Shown in pieces: positions 10,511 to 18,405 of a stretch of 32,000 bases of DNA (position 1 is its first letter; each line of letters begins with the position of its first letter). Made by a program: the position numbers and the translations under genes. The DNA comes from Methylophaga frappieri (GTDB lineage: Bacteria > Pseudomonadota > Gammaproteobacteria > Nitrosococcales > Methylophagaceae), in the NCBI RefSeq assembly GCF_000260965.1, contig NC_017856.1, positions 1,650,001 to 1,682,000 on the forward strand, read 5' to 3'. The notes beneath the pieces were generated by a model that saw only the letters and a list, made by a program, of their open reading frames with translations, did no database searches and was not told where the DNA came from.

Positions 10511-11755
10511 TCAGACTGGATGATTTTGCAATGCAGCAATACGCATCGAAGCTGGTGGATGCGAATCATACACAGCAGACACCAACGGATCTGGCGTTAA
10601 CGTGTTGGCATTCTCTTTATAAAGCGCCACTAATGCCGCAATCAGATCATCCGCATTAGCGACACTGGCCGCATAGGCATCGGCTTCAAACTCATATTTA
10701 CGCGATAAATGCGTCAATAAGGGATGCAGGTAAAAGCTGAACACCGGAATAACCAGCATGAACAAGGTAAGTGCCATAGCAGCATTTTGCGTATCAACGC
10801 CGAGTCCGGTGTAAAACCAGGTTTGTGTCGAAGCCCAGCCCAACAATGCCAAGCCAACAAGACTCAGGATCGCCAGCAATCCCATATTTTTGATGACATG
10901 TTGACGGCGGAAATGGCCCAACTCATGTGCCAGTACCGCTTCAATTTGATCGGGATTCAACGTCTCAAGCAAAGTATCAAAAAACACGATCCGTTTATTA
11001 TTACCCAACCCGGTAAAATAGGCATTGCCGTGACCACTTCGGCGGGACCCATCCATCACAAAAATACCCTGGCTGTTAAACCCGCAACGTTGCAACAAGT
11101 TATCCACCCGGTGGACCATCTCCTGATCTTCAAGTGGCGTAAATTTATTAAAAAATGGGGCAATAAAGGCCGGATAAGCCCACATCATGAATAAGGCAAA
11201 CCCCATCCAGGCCGCCCACAAATACAACCACCAAAATTCGCCGGTACTATTCATTAACCATAAGGTCACCCAGACAACTGGCACCCCCATGACCACTAAT
11301 AACAGCAATTGTTTGGCAAAATCCGCAAAGAAAATGTTCGGTGTTGCCCGGTTAAAACCAAATTTTTCTTCCATCACGAAGCTTTTATACCAGCCCGCCG
11401 GTAACTCAAGCACTGAGCCAATCACCATAAAACTAAGAATAAACAACAGCCCTGTCACAGTCTCAGAGAGTCCCAAGGCAGACCAACCTCCGTATAGAAG
11501 CGCCAAACCGCCGCCGAGTGTCCATAGCAATAAAATCACGCCACTATAAATTGCTTCGCCACGTTTGTAGCCCCCTTTTGCGACGGTATAGTCCGCTGCT
11601 TTTTGATGTGCTGATAAGCTGATTTGTTCACTAAAGGCAGCTGGTACCGCATGTCGACTGGCTAATACATGCCGTTTTTGACGCAAACTCAACCAGATCT
11701 CAATACCTGTCATCAACAAGAGCGCAAAAATAAATACCCAAGTAAATTCGTTCAT
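10511..11755 (-). CDS. M48 family zinc metallopeptidase (Ste24/HtpX-like, with N-terminal membrane domain)
   Basis: Multi-TM N-terminal half, HELGHFRRQH (HExxH) zinc motif, and downstream E.EAD-type third ligand region (YEFEADAYA). Confidence 0.85.
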   Translation of the reverse strand: MNEFTWVFIFALLLMTGIEIWLSLRQKRHVLASRHAVPAAFSEQISLSAHQKAADYTVAKGGYKRGEAIYSGVILLLWTLGGGLALLYGGWSALGLSETVTGLLFILSFMVIGSVLELPAGWYKSFVMEEKFGFNRATPNIFFADFAKQLLLLVVMGVPVVWVTLWLMNSTGEFWWLYLWAAWMGFALFMMWAYPAFIAPFFNKFTPLEDQEMVHRVDNLLQRCGFNSQGIFVMDGSRRSGHGNAYFTGLGNNKRIVFFDTLLETLNPDQIEAVLAHELGHFRRQHVIKNMGLLAILSLVGLALLGWASTQTWFYTGLGVDTQNAAMALTLFMLVIPVFSFYLHPLLTHLSRKYEFEADAYAASVANADDLIAALVALYKENANTLTPDPLVSAVYDSHPPASMRIAALQNHPV

Positions 11756-11858
11756 TTCAATTCAACTATAAAAACCTAATTCGTGAACAGCAGAGTAGCC
11801 TTTGATACAATTTGAAGCAACAACGTTCCTTCTTCACTAGCAATATAAAGCGGAGACC

Positions 11859-12410
11859 ATGGCCAAAAGTAAAAATAATTTGATCTGGATTGATCTCGAA
11901 ATGACGGGTCTGGATACACAAAATGACAGCATCATCGAAATTGCCACTATCGTCACAGATGCCAACCTCAACATCCTTGCAGAAGGCCCTATCATTGCAA
12001 TTCACCAGTCTGGCAGCAAACTGGACGGCATGGATGAATGGAATACCCGGCAACATGGCAGTTCTGGTCTGACCGAACGGGTTCGCAGCAGTACCTATAC
12101 GGAAGCACAAGCAGAAGCCGAAACACTGGCATTTTTAAAACAATATGTCCCCGCCAATACCTCCCCGATGTGTGGCAACAGTATCTGTCAGGATCGCCGC
12201 TTTATGGCGCGCTGCATGCCAGAGCTGGAAGCCTTTTTTCATTACCGTAATCTTGATGTGAGCAGTCTTAAAGAACTCGCACGACGCTGGGCCCCCAAAG
12301 TCGAAAAAGCCTTTAAGAAAAAATCATCCCATCTTGCCATGGATGATATTAAAGACTCGATTCGTGAACTTCAGCATTACCGCGAATTTCTCATTAAGTT
12401 ACCCGAGTAA
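11859..12410 (+). CDS. orn: Oligoribonuclease
   Basis: [13 protein letters not shown] (DEDDh ExoI), [11 protein letters not shown] (ExoII) and [19 protein letters not shown] (ExoIII). Length 183 aa. SD GGAG upstream. Confidence 0.93.
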   Translation: MAKSKNNLIWIDLEMTGLDTQNDSIIEIATIVTDANLNILAEGPIIAIHQSGSKLDGMDEWNTRQHGSSGLTERVRSSTYTEAQAEAETLAFLKQYVPANTSPMCGNSICQDRRFMARCMPELEAFFHYRNLDVSSLKELARRWAPKVEKAFKKKSSHLAMDDIKDSIRELQHYREFLIKLPE

Positions 12411-12490
12411 CCCCGCCAGAATACTATTCCATTCACGGCGTTTTCACACCGTAGAACTAACATTGCGCTTAAACAGAATATTTTTTGCTT

Positions 12491-12631
12491 ATGGCGCATT
12501 TAAAACCGCATCTTCCTGAAAAACAATGTCCCATTTGCCAACGCCCATTTTCCTGGCGAAAGAAATGGGCAAATTGTTGGCAAAGTGTCATTTATTGCAG
12601 TGAACGCTGTCGACGGCAGCGACATCTATAA
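12491..12631 (+). CDS. DUF2256-type small Cys-rich (zinc-ribbon-like) protein, 46 aa; too short to appear in the supplied ORF track
   Basis: My translation is [46 protein letters not shown]. The pattern CxxC-RPF-WRKKW-...-YCSERCRR matches my recollection of the DUF2256 (PF10013) signature. The stop TAA (12629-12631) overlaps the ATG of the next gene (TAATG). No obvious SD. Confidence 0.7.
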   Translation: MAHLKPHLPEKQCPICQRPFSWRKKWANCWQSVIYCSERCRRQRHL

Positions 12632-14094
12632 TGGCTTTGTCGAATGGCTTCCCGGAAAAAATGGTATTGCTGGATTGTGAAACAACGGGGGCACATGCAA
12701 ATCATCACCGTATCACTGAGCTTGCGCTCATCTTTGTTGAAAATGGCCGAATAACAGATCACTGGCAACAGCTTTTTAATCCGAAGCAAATTATCTCCGA
12801 CTGGATTACAAACCTGACTGGCATTAGCAACGAGATGGTGGCTGACCAGCCTGTTTTTGAGATGCTTGCAGAGACATTGTTTGAAAAGCTCTCTGGGTTT
12901 GTTTTGGTTGCCCACCATGCGCGTTTTGACTACCGTTTTTTATCCGCCGAATTTCGAAGAAGCGGTATTGATTTTACGTCGCCGACCTTGTGCTCAGTAA
13001 AGTTAAGCCGGGCGCTTTATCCTAATCAAAAAAAACATGGTATCGATGCTATCGTCTCTCGATTAGGTTTAACCATAGCGAATCGTCATCGTGCCATGGA
13101 CGACACTAAAGTGATTGTGTCTCTGTTTGAGCAGATAAGCCGTGATCACGATAGCGGAACTATTGCTGATGCTTGCCGACAGGTCATGCAATGCCCCCGT
13201 CTACCCAGTCAGTTGGATACAGCTGAAATCGACAAGTTGCCAAACAGTCCAGGCATATATGAGTTTTATGACGCGCAGGGCGGGCTGCTGTACATCGGTA
13301 AATCCGTCAATATTAAGCAACGTGTTCTTAGCCATTTTGCTGATACCAAAACAGCACGTCATCAAGAAATTCAGCAACAACTCGCACACATCAACTTCAT
13401 TACTACCCCATCTGATTTCGGCGCGCAGTTACTGGAAAATCAGTTAATTAAATCGAAAATACCGCGTTACAACCGACGTCAAACTAAAGCCAAAAAGTTA
13501 TTTCAATTTGCACTCCACAAAGATGCTCAAGGATATCAGCGCCTCAGGATCGAAATGGCTGATTTACAACAGCTTTCACAATTGTCAACGCGTTACGGCC
13601 TGTTTCGGAGTCAACGCCAAGCCAAGCAAAAATTGTTACAAATTGTGCAAGAACAACAGCTATGTCCGCAGTTAACTGGGCTCGAACCCACCCATAAAGG
13701 CACTTGCTTTAACTATCAATTAAAAAAATGTCGTGGTGCATGTCATGGCATCGAGTCCGCTAATCGTTACAACCTGCGTTTGAATATCGCGCTTTTAGGT
13801 CTTAAAAATCAGGCATGGCCCTGGTCAGGGCCTGTTATTGTGCGGGAGAAATCTGTCTCAGATGAGAGCATCGAAGTACATTATCACTTACTCGACCAAT
13901 GGCTGTATCTAGGGCGTGTAAAAGATGCGCATGAGGCTCAACACAAACTCGAAAGCGAGACCAACACGCCTCGTCATTTTGATTTGGATGCCTGCCGAAT
14001 TCAAATTCGCTTTTTGACTAAACTCCGTCCGGCAAACCTTGACGTTCTGACCTTGACGGCCTTTTCAGAATACGACAGCCAACCCTGGCATTAG
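12631..14094 (+). CDS. DEDDh 3'-5' exonuclease (DnaQ-like) fused to a GIY-YIG / UvrC-N-terminal (Cho-like) nuclease
   Basis: The N-terminal domain has ExoI LLDCETTG, ExoII LVAHHARFDYRFL and ExoIII HRAMDD. The middle region has GIY-YIG (PGIYEFYDAQGGLLYIGKSVNIKQRVLSHF, then E in LLENQL and N in PRYN). A UvrC/Cho-like Cys motif follows (CFNYQLKKCRGAC). Confidence 0.85.
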   Translation: MALSNGFPEKMVLLDCETTGAHANHHRITELALIFVENGRITDHWQQLFNPKQIISDWITNLTGISNEMVADQPVFEMLAETLFEKLSGFVLVAHHARFDYRFLSAEFRRSGIDFTSPTLCSVKLSRALYPNQKKHGIDAIVSRLGLTIANRHRAMDDTKVIVSLFEQISRDHDSGTIADACRQVMQCPRLPSQLDTAEIDKLPNSPGIYEFYDAQGGLLYIGKSVNIKQRVLSHFADTKTARHQEIQQQLAHINFITTPSDFGAQLLENQLIKSKIPRYNRRQTKAKKLFQFALHKDAQGYQRLRIEMADLQQLSQLSTRYGLFRSQRQAKQKLLQIVQEQQLCPQLTGLEPTHKGTCFNYQLKKCRGACHGIESANRYNLRLNIALLGLKNQAWPWSGPVIVREKSVSDESIEVHYHLLDQWLYLGRVKDAHEAQHKLESETNTPRHFDLDACRIQIRFLTKLRPANLDVLTLTAFSEYDSQPWH

Positions 14095-14100
14095 TACGTC

Positions 14101-15630
14101 ATGACATCACAAACGCTTTTACTGATACTCGGTGATCAATTAAACCGGAACAGCTTGATTTTTGAGGATGTCGATACAAAGACCTCACACTTCATGATGG
14201 CTGAAGTGCTGGATGAATCAAGTCGTTACCTCTCATCTAAACAACGAACCACCGTATTTCTCTCTGCCATGCGGCACTTTGCTGAAAACTGTCAAAAAGA
14301 CGATCTGCCCTTATTTTATTATTCTCTGGACAAACGGTTAGCAAGTTTCAGCGATGCACTAGACCACCATCTGAAAAATACTCCCTTCAAAACCATTCGT
14401 TGTGTTCTCGCCGGCGATTATCGTGTTGTTAAAGAAATTAATCATTGGACAAATCAACACGATATTTCCATCGAATGGTTACCAGACCAACATTTTATTG
14501 CGCGCCAAGGTGAGTTTAAAAGGTGGCTTTCTGAACGAAAGCAACCTCGCATGGAATATTGGTACCGCCAGCTTCGCAAAGAAAGAGCGATTTTGATGTC
14601 AGGCCAGTCACCAGTTGGTGGTCGCTGGAATTTTGATCAGGATAATCGTCACGCTTTTTCTCAAAAAGGGCCCGATGCTCTTGCGGAGACTCATCAATTC
14701 AAGCCCGATAAAATAACAAAAGACGTGATAAAGGCGATTCATCAATATTTACCGGATTTACCCGGAGACCTTGACGAATTCAATTGGCCGGTCACACTGA
14801 ATCAAGCCAAACAAACGCTGGATGATTTCATTTCACAACGACTTGCCAAGTTTGGTGATTATCAAGATGCGATGTGGCTGGATCAGCCTTTTTTATATCA
14901 CTCACGTTTATCCGTTGCCTTAAATCTCAAACTCCTCTCACCTGATGAGGTTATCGATGCTGCGATTCAAGCTTACGAGCGGAACGAAGCACCGCTCAAT
15001 GCGGTTGAAGGATTTGTCCGACAAATTCTCGGTTGGCGCGAATATGTCAGGGGATTGTACTGGACGCATAAACAAGACTGGCTGCAAATGAATGCACTCA
15101 ACGCTCGCCGCGAACTACCGCAGTTATATTGGGATGCAAAAACCGACATGACCTGTCTGAACCAAGCTGTCATGCAAGTGCTTACTTACGGTTATGGCCA
15201 TCATATACAAAGACTGATGGTTACGGGGCTGTTTTCACTCTTATGGGGCGTGAAACCCAAGGCAATACATGAATGGTATCTTGCCATGTATGTTGATGCC
15301 GTTGCTTGGGTTGAAGTACCCAATACTTTAGGTATGAGCCAATATGCGGATGGCGGTATCGTCGGCTCCAAGCCTTACATTGCGAGTGGCGCCTACATCA
15401 ACCGAATGTCGAATTATTGTCAGCATTGTCGTTTTGATCCAAAACAAGCGCATGGCGAAAAGGCCTGTCCGTTTACAACGTTATACTGGGCGTTTGTTGA
15501 TCGTCATCACGATCTGCTCAGTCAAAATCCAAGATTGGGCATGCAAGTCAAAAACTGGCAACGCAAGTCAAAATCTGAACAAAAAGCGATTCGTAAACAC
15601 GCTGAAAAACTGCATCGTCAACTACCCTAG
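14101..15630 (+). CDS. Fe-S bacterial cryptochrome/photolyase family protein (FeS-BCP; PhrB/CryB-type (6-4) photolyase)
   Basis: Collinear with Agrobacterium PhrB as I recall it, including LILGDQL, FLSAMRHFAE, MEYWYR, PVGGRWNFD, APLNAVEGFVRQILGWREY, GHHIQRLM and MSQYADGG. The four Fe-S ligand cysteines are present in context (MTCLNQ; YCQHCRFDP; KACPF). Confidence 0.88.
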   Translation: MTSQTLLLILGDQLNRNSLIFEDVDTKTSHFMMAEVLDESSRYLSSKQRTTVFLSAMRHFAENCQKDDLPLFYYSLDKRLASFSDALDHHLKNTPFKTIRCVLAGDYRVVKEINHWTNQHDISIEWLPDQHFIARQGEFKRWLSERKQPRMEYWYRQLRKERAILMSGQSPVGGRWNFDQDNRHAFSQKGPDALAETHQFKPDKITKDVIKAIHQYLPDLPGDLDEFNWPVTLNQAKQTLDDFISQRLAKFGDYQDAMWLDQPFLYHSRLSVALNLKLLSPDEVIDAAIQAYERNEAPLNAVEGFVRQILGWREYVRGLYWTHKQDWLQMNALNARRELPQLYWDAKTDMTCLNQAVMQVLTYGYGHHIQRLMVTGLFSLLWGVKPKAIHEWYLAMYVDAVAWVEVPNTLGMSQYADGGIVGSKPYIASGAYINRMSNYCQHCRFDPKQAHGEKACPFTTLYWAFVDRHHDLLSQNPRLGMQVKNWQRKSKSEQKAIRKHAEKLHRQLP

Positions 15631-15639
15631 AGAAGCCTT

Positions 15640-17037
15640 ATGACTAATAAACAAGCGGTTTGGTTACGCAATGATTTGCGGCTGGATGATCATCCAGCGT
15701 TAAGTGAAGCACAACAGCAAGGTCCCATTCATGTTGTCTTTGTCGCGACACCTGCACAATGGCGTCATCATAAAGAGTCACCGGCAAAATTAGGCCTGAA
15801 AGCAGCCGCCTTAAAAGATATTGCAGATAGGCTAGCCAAGCTGGGGATTCCCTTCACGATACTGGAAACTGACTGGTTTCAGGAAGTGCCGGCGCTGCTG
15901 AAAGCGTTTTGTTTAAAAGCGTCGATTCAAGCCTTGTGGTTTCAACCGGAAACCCCTTGGGATGAAACACAACGCGATGCTGCTGTTAGCGCATGTTTAG
16001 CTGATTCAGATATAGAGGTTCATGAGCTGGATTATGACTTGATTGTCGCCGCACCCGTCAAAACGCAACAAAATGAGCCCTTTAAAGTTTTCACACCTTA
16101 CTACCGTCGCTGGCTGCAAATTTTGGAAGACAGTCAATCCTCCCCTTACCCTGCCCTTCAGCCTCAAGGTGAAGCTTACCAGCCAGAGAAATGGCCATAT
16201 CAATGGGCGGGTGAATTTAGACACGATCTCTGGCCGGGCGATGAAGAAAATGCCTTATCACGCTTGTCGTTATTTGGTGAAATAAAGCTGCAAGATTATA
16301 AAAAGCAACGCGACATCCCGAACAAACCCGCAACCAGTTTATTATCACCCTACCTTAGCCTTGGTCAGCTTGGACCAAGAAGACTGTTAGCGACCGTACA
16401 ATTTTTTTGCGGTGAGCAGAACCGAGATTGGCGACATGATGATTGGTTGCGTGAACTCGCCTGGCGGGATTTTTATCGCCAATTACTTCTATATTTTCCT
16501 CAGCTAAGTAAGCATCAACCTTTCAAACCAGAAACACAATTTGTGCATTGGCGAGAGGATGCGGCCGGTTTTGACGCATGGTGCGAAGGCAAAACAGGCT
16601 TTCCAATCGTGGATGCAGCAATGCGCCAGCTAAATCAAACCGGTTGGATGCACAATCGATTGCGGATGATTAGTGCCAGTTTTCTCACTAAACTCTTATT
16701 AATTAACTGGCGGCAAGGTGAAGATTATTTCTTAGAAAATCTCATTGACGGTGATTACGCATCCAACAATGGCGGCTGGCAATGGAGTGCATCGACGGGC
16801 GTTGATGCCGCACCGTATTTTCGGGTTTTTAACCCGACGCTCCAGTCTGAACGCTATGACCCCGATGGCAAATTTATTAAACGCTTCGTGCCTGAGTTAG
16901 CCGAGATTCCAGCATCAAAAATTCATAATCCGCCGGATGCGCTGCGCTCCGAGTGCGGCTACCCCTTGCCTGTTATTGATTACAAATCAGCACGCCAACA
17001 AGCCATTGCCGCTTTTAAGGATTTACCAGAAAAGTAA
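15640..17037 (+). CDS. phr: Deoxyribodipyrimidine (CPD) photolyase, class I
   Basis: TGFPIVDAAMRQLNQTGWMHNRLRMISASFL...DGDYASNNGGWQWSASTGVDAAPYFRVFNP is nearly identical in pattern to E. coli Phr. Lies 9 nt after the upstream stop. Confidence 0.93.
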   Translation: MTNKQAVWLRNDLRLDDHPALSEAQQQGPIHVVFVATPAQWRHHKESPAKLGLKAAALKDIADRLAKLGIPFTILETDWFQEVPALLKAFCLKASIQALWFQPETPWDETQRDAAVSACLADSDIEVHELDYDLIVAAPVKTQQNEPFKVFTPYYRRWLQILEDSQSSPYPALQPQGEAYQPEKWPYQWAGEFRHDLWPGDEENALSRLSLFGEIKLQDYKKQRDIPNKPATSLLSPYLSLGQLGPRRLLATVQFFCGEQNRDWRHDDWLRELAWRDFYRQLLLYFPQLSKHQPFKPETQFVHWREDAAGFDAWCEGKTGFPIVDAAMRQLNQTGWMHNRLRMISASFLTKLLLINWRQGEDYFLENLIDGDYASNNGGWQWSASTGVDAAPYFRVFNPTLQSERYDPDGKFIKRFVPELAEIPASKIHNPPDALRSECGYPLPVIDYKSARQQAIAAFKDLPEK

Positions 17038-17055
17038 ACCGCTTCCCTGCGGTTT
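17036..17055. terminator. Shared hairpin between convergent phr and fldA
   Basis: AAACCGC (17036-17042) / GCGGTTT (17049-17055) with loop TTCCCT. It overlaps the phr stop codon. The stem is short and AT-flanked. Confidence 0.5.
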
Positions 17056-17063
17056 GTAGCGTG

Positions 17064-17573
17064 TTAACCAAATAAGTGGGGCTTGATTTGCTCACACCAC
17101 TGATTAACGCGTTGTTCAGTTAATTCCGGTTGGCAGTCTTCGTCCAGTGCCAGACCAACAAAAGATTTTTTGTCTTCAGTCAGCGCCTTGGAAGCTTCAA
17201 ACTCATAACCCTCTACCGGCCAGTGGCCGATAACGGTGGCACCTTTGGCAATCACTTTGTCATGCAACATACCCATGGCATCTTGAAACCATTCTGCATA
17301 AGCAAATTGATCGCCCATTCCCACGAAAGCAACTGTTTTGTTGGTAAAATCGGTTTCATCGATTTCATCCCAGACATCTTGCCAATCCGTTTGAACTTCG
17401 CCGTAATCCCATGTTGGCAAAGCAAAAATCAGCTTATCGAAATACTCCAGCGCCGCTAGTCCAGCGTCTTTTACATCGAATAATTCGGTATTATCTTCCC
17501 CGAAGAAAGCCTGAATTTTAGCGACTGCATCTTCTGTATTGCCAGTCGTTGATCCATAGACAATTGCAACCAT
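17064..17573 (-). CDS. fldA: Long-chain flavodoxin
   Basis: IVYGSTTGNTE FMN phosphate-binding loop, WDYGE.Q.DW, 169 aa. SD AGGTGGA upstream. Confidence 0.92.
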   Translation of the reverse strand: MVAIVYGSTTGNTEDAVAKIQAFFGEDNTELFDVKDAGLAALEYFDKLIFALPTWDYGEVQTDWQDVWDEIDETDFTNKTVAFVGMGDQFAYAEWFQDAMGMLHDKVIAKGATVIGHWPVEGYEFEASKALTEDKKSFVGLALDEDCQPELTEQRVNQWCEQIKPHLFG

Positions 17574-17603
17574 AGTCCACCTGATAACGTGATTAATTTG
17601 GGT

Positions 17604-17622
17604 GAAAATGATAATTATTAGT
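17604..17622. promoter_or_regulatory. Fur box overlapping the fldA promoter
   Basis: GAAAATGATAATTATTAGT matches the 19-bp consensus GATAATGATAATCATTATC at 15 of 19 positions. It covers the -10 element and the spacer of the predicted promoter. Confidence 0.7.
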
Positions 17623-17636
17623 ATCTAATAAATCAA
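17608..17636 (-). promoter_or_regulatory. Sigma70-type promoter of fldA
   Basis: On the minus strand, TTGATT (17636-17631), a 17-nt spacer, then TATCAT (17613-17608), about 35 nt upstream of the start codon. Confidence 0.6.
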
Positions 17637-17742
17637 CAGAAAAGTCGCTTTCTACAGCAAGTCTGTGACTGAAATTCAATTTAAACCACTCAGCCATGCC
17701 GTTTTCAACCAGCGATCTGCCCTCAAATTTCGTTACCGATTT

Positions 17743-18180
17743 TTATTTGCAGCTGATCTGAAACCCATTCTCAACCCGCTTATAGTCAAACTGTTTGTCT
17801 GAGTTCTGCTTTTGATAATGCAGGTTTTCTCCGTCCAAACTTAAATCGATATAGACGGTTTGGGTATTTTCTGGCGCAGCTTGTTTGCCATTCATATTTT
17901 CCAACGTGTGCATGGTGTCAATTAATTTATCATCCTGAATTTGCCAGGCACCCAGTTCTTTCTGAACCCAAGATAAATCGTCGCCATTACACACTAAAAA
18001 CAGGGCAGCATATTTATTGTCATCCATCCGCCGCATCAACCATTTCATGGTTTCACCATCTGCCTCACGCTCGTTGTACCAAGTGCCAATCAAATCCTGA
18101 CTGCTAGGCGCAGCTTGGACAGATGTTGAGAAAGCAAAGCCAATCAGTAAAGATGAAAGGATGTAACGAAAATTAAACAT
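17743..18180 (-). CDS. Small secreted protein, lipocalin-like (uncharacterised)
   Basis: I prefer the ATG at 18180 (SD GAGG 5 nt upstream) over the upstream start at 18210. The signal peptide MFNFRYILSSLLIGFAFSTSVQA-AP is followed by LIGTWY, a motif common at the start of lipocalin-like domains. Two Cys residues could form a disulfide. Confidence 0.6.
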   Translation of the reverse strand: MFNFRYILSSLLIGFAFSTSVQAAPSSQDLIGTWYNEREADGETMKWLMRRMDDNKYAALFLVCNGDDLSWVQKELGAWQIQDDKLIDTMHTLENMNGKQAAPENTQTVYIDLSLDGENLHYQKQNSDKQFDYKRVENGFQISCK

Positions 18181-18305
18181 AATAACCTCAGCGTTGATGG
18201 TTTCTAACAATAGACTTGATTTAAGCTGTCTGGTGATTGATTGGCTTCTAAATCAAAAAGAAGTTCCACCCTATGCTTAATTCACCTGCCCTACAAGCGC
18301 TTAAT

Positions 18306-18328
18306 CTCAAAATCAGGAAAACTTCCTG
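18306..18328 (-). terminator. Possible terminator downstream of phoX
   Basis: On the minus strand, CAGGAA-GTT-TTCCTG (plus-strand coordinates 18314-18328) is followed by ATTTTGAG. The stem is short. Confidence 0.4.
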
Positions 18329-18405
18329 TTTCAAACACGAAGCTTCTGCTCATGAAAGTTGTTTAGTCTGAGACAACAAACTATCAGATTGCCGGCAGCC
18401 GTTAT

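Noticed and set aside
10551-10558. An exact E. coli Chi octamer, GCTGGTGG.
   Set aside because: It is a single occurrence inside a coding region. Chi sequences are taxon-specific, and one 8-mer in 32 kb is within chance expectation, so no inference is possible.
10724-11549. Two sizeable plus-strand ORFs (156 and 120 aa) antisense to the M48 peptidase gene. Similar antisense ORFs occur at 5577..5885, 11766..12110, 19207..19635, 23871..24231 and 28818..29159.
   Set aside because: All lie fully inside confidently identified genes on the opposite strand. They have low-complexity, Arg/Ser/Pro/Cys-rich or otherwise unprotein-like composition and no start context. They are typical shadow ORFs.
12411-12490. 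A possible LexA (SOS) box or clear sigma70 promoter upstream of the DUF2256/exonuclease/photolyase operon.
   Set aside because: No CTGT-N8-ACAG palindrome is present. Candidate -35/-10 pairs (TTCACA or TTGCGC with poor -10 hexamers) are too weak to report. The operon might also be read through from orn.
18181-18405. The 225-nt non-coding gap between phoX and the lipocalin-like gene, considered as a possible sRNA or riboswitch.
   Set aside because: I found only a short terminator-like hairpin and AT-rich promoter-like sequence. There is no extended conserved-looking secondary structure or known riboswitch core. The gap is adequately explained as terminator plus promoter/5' UTR.
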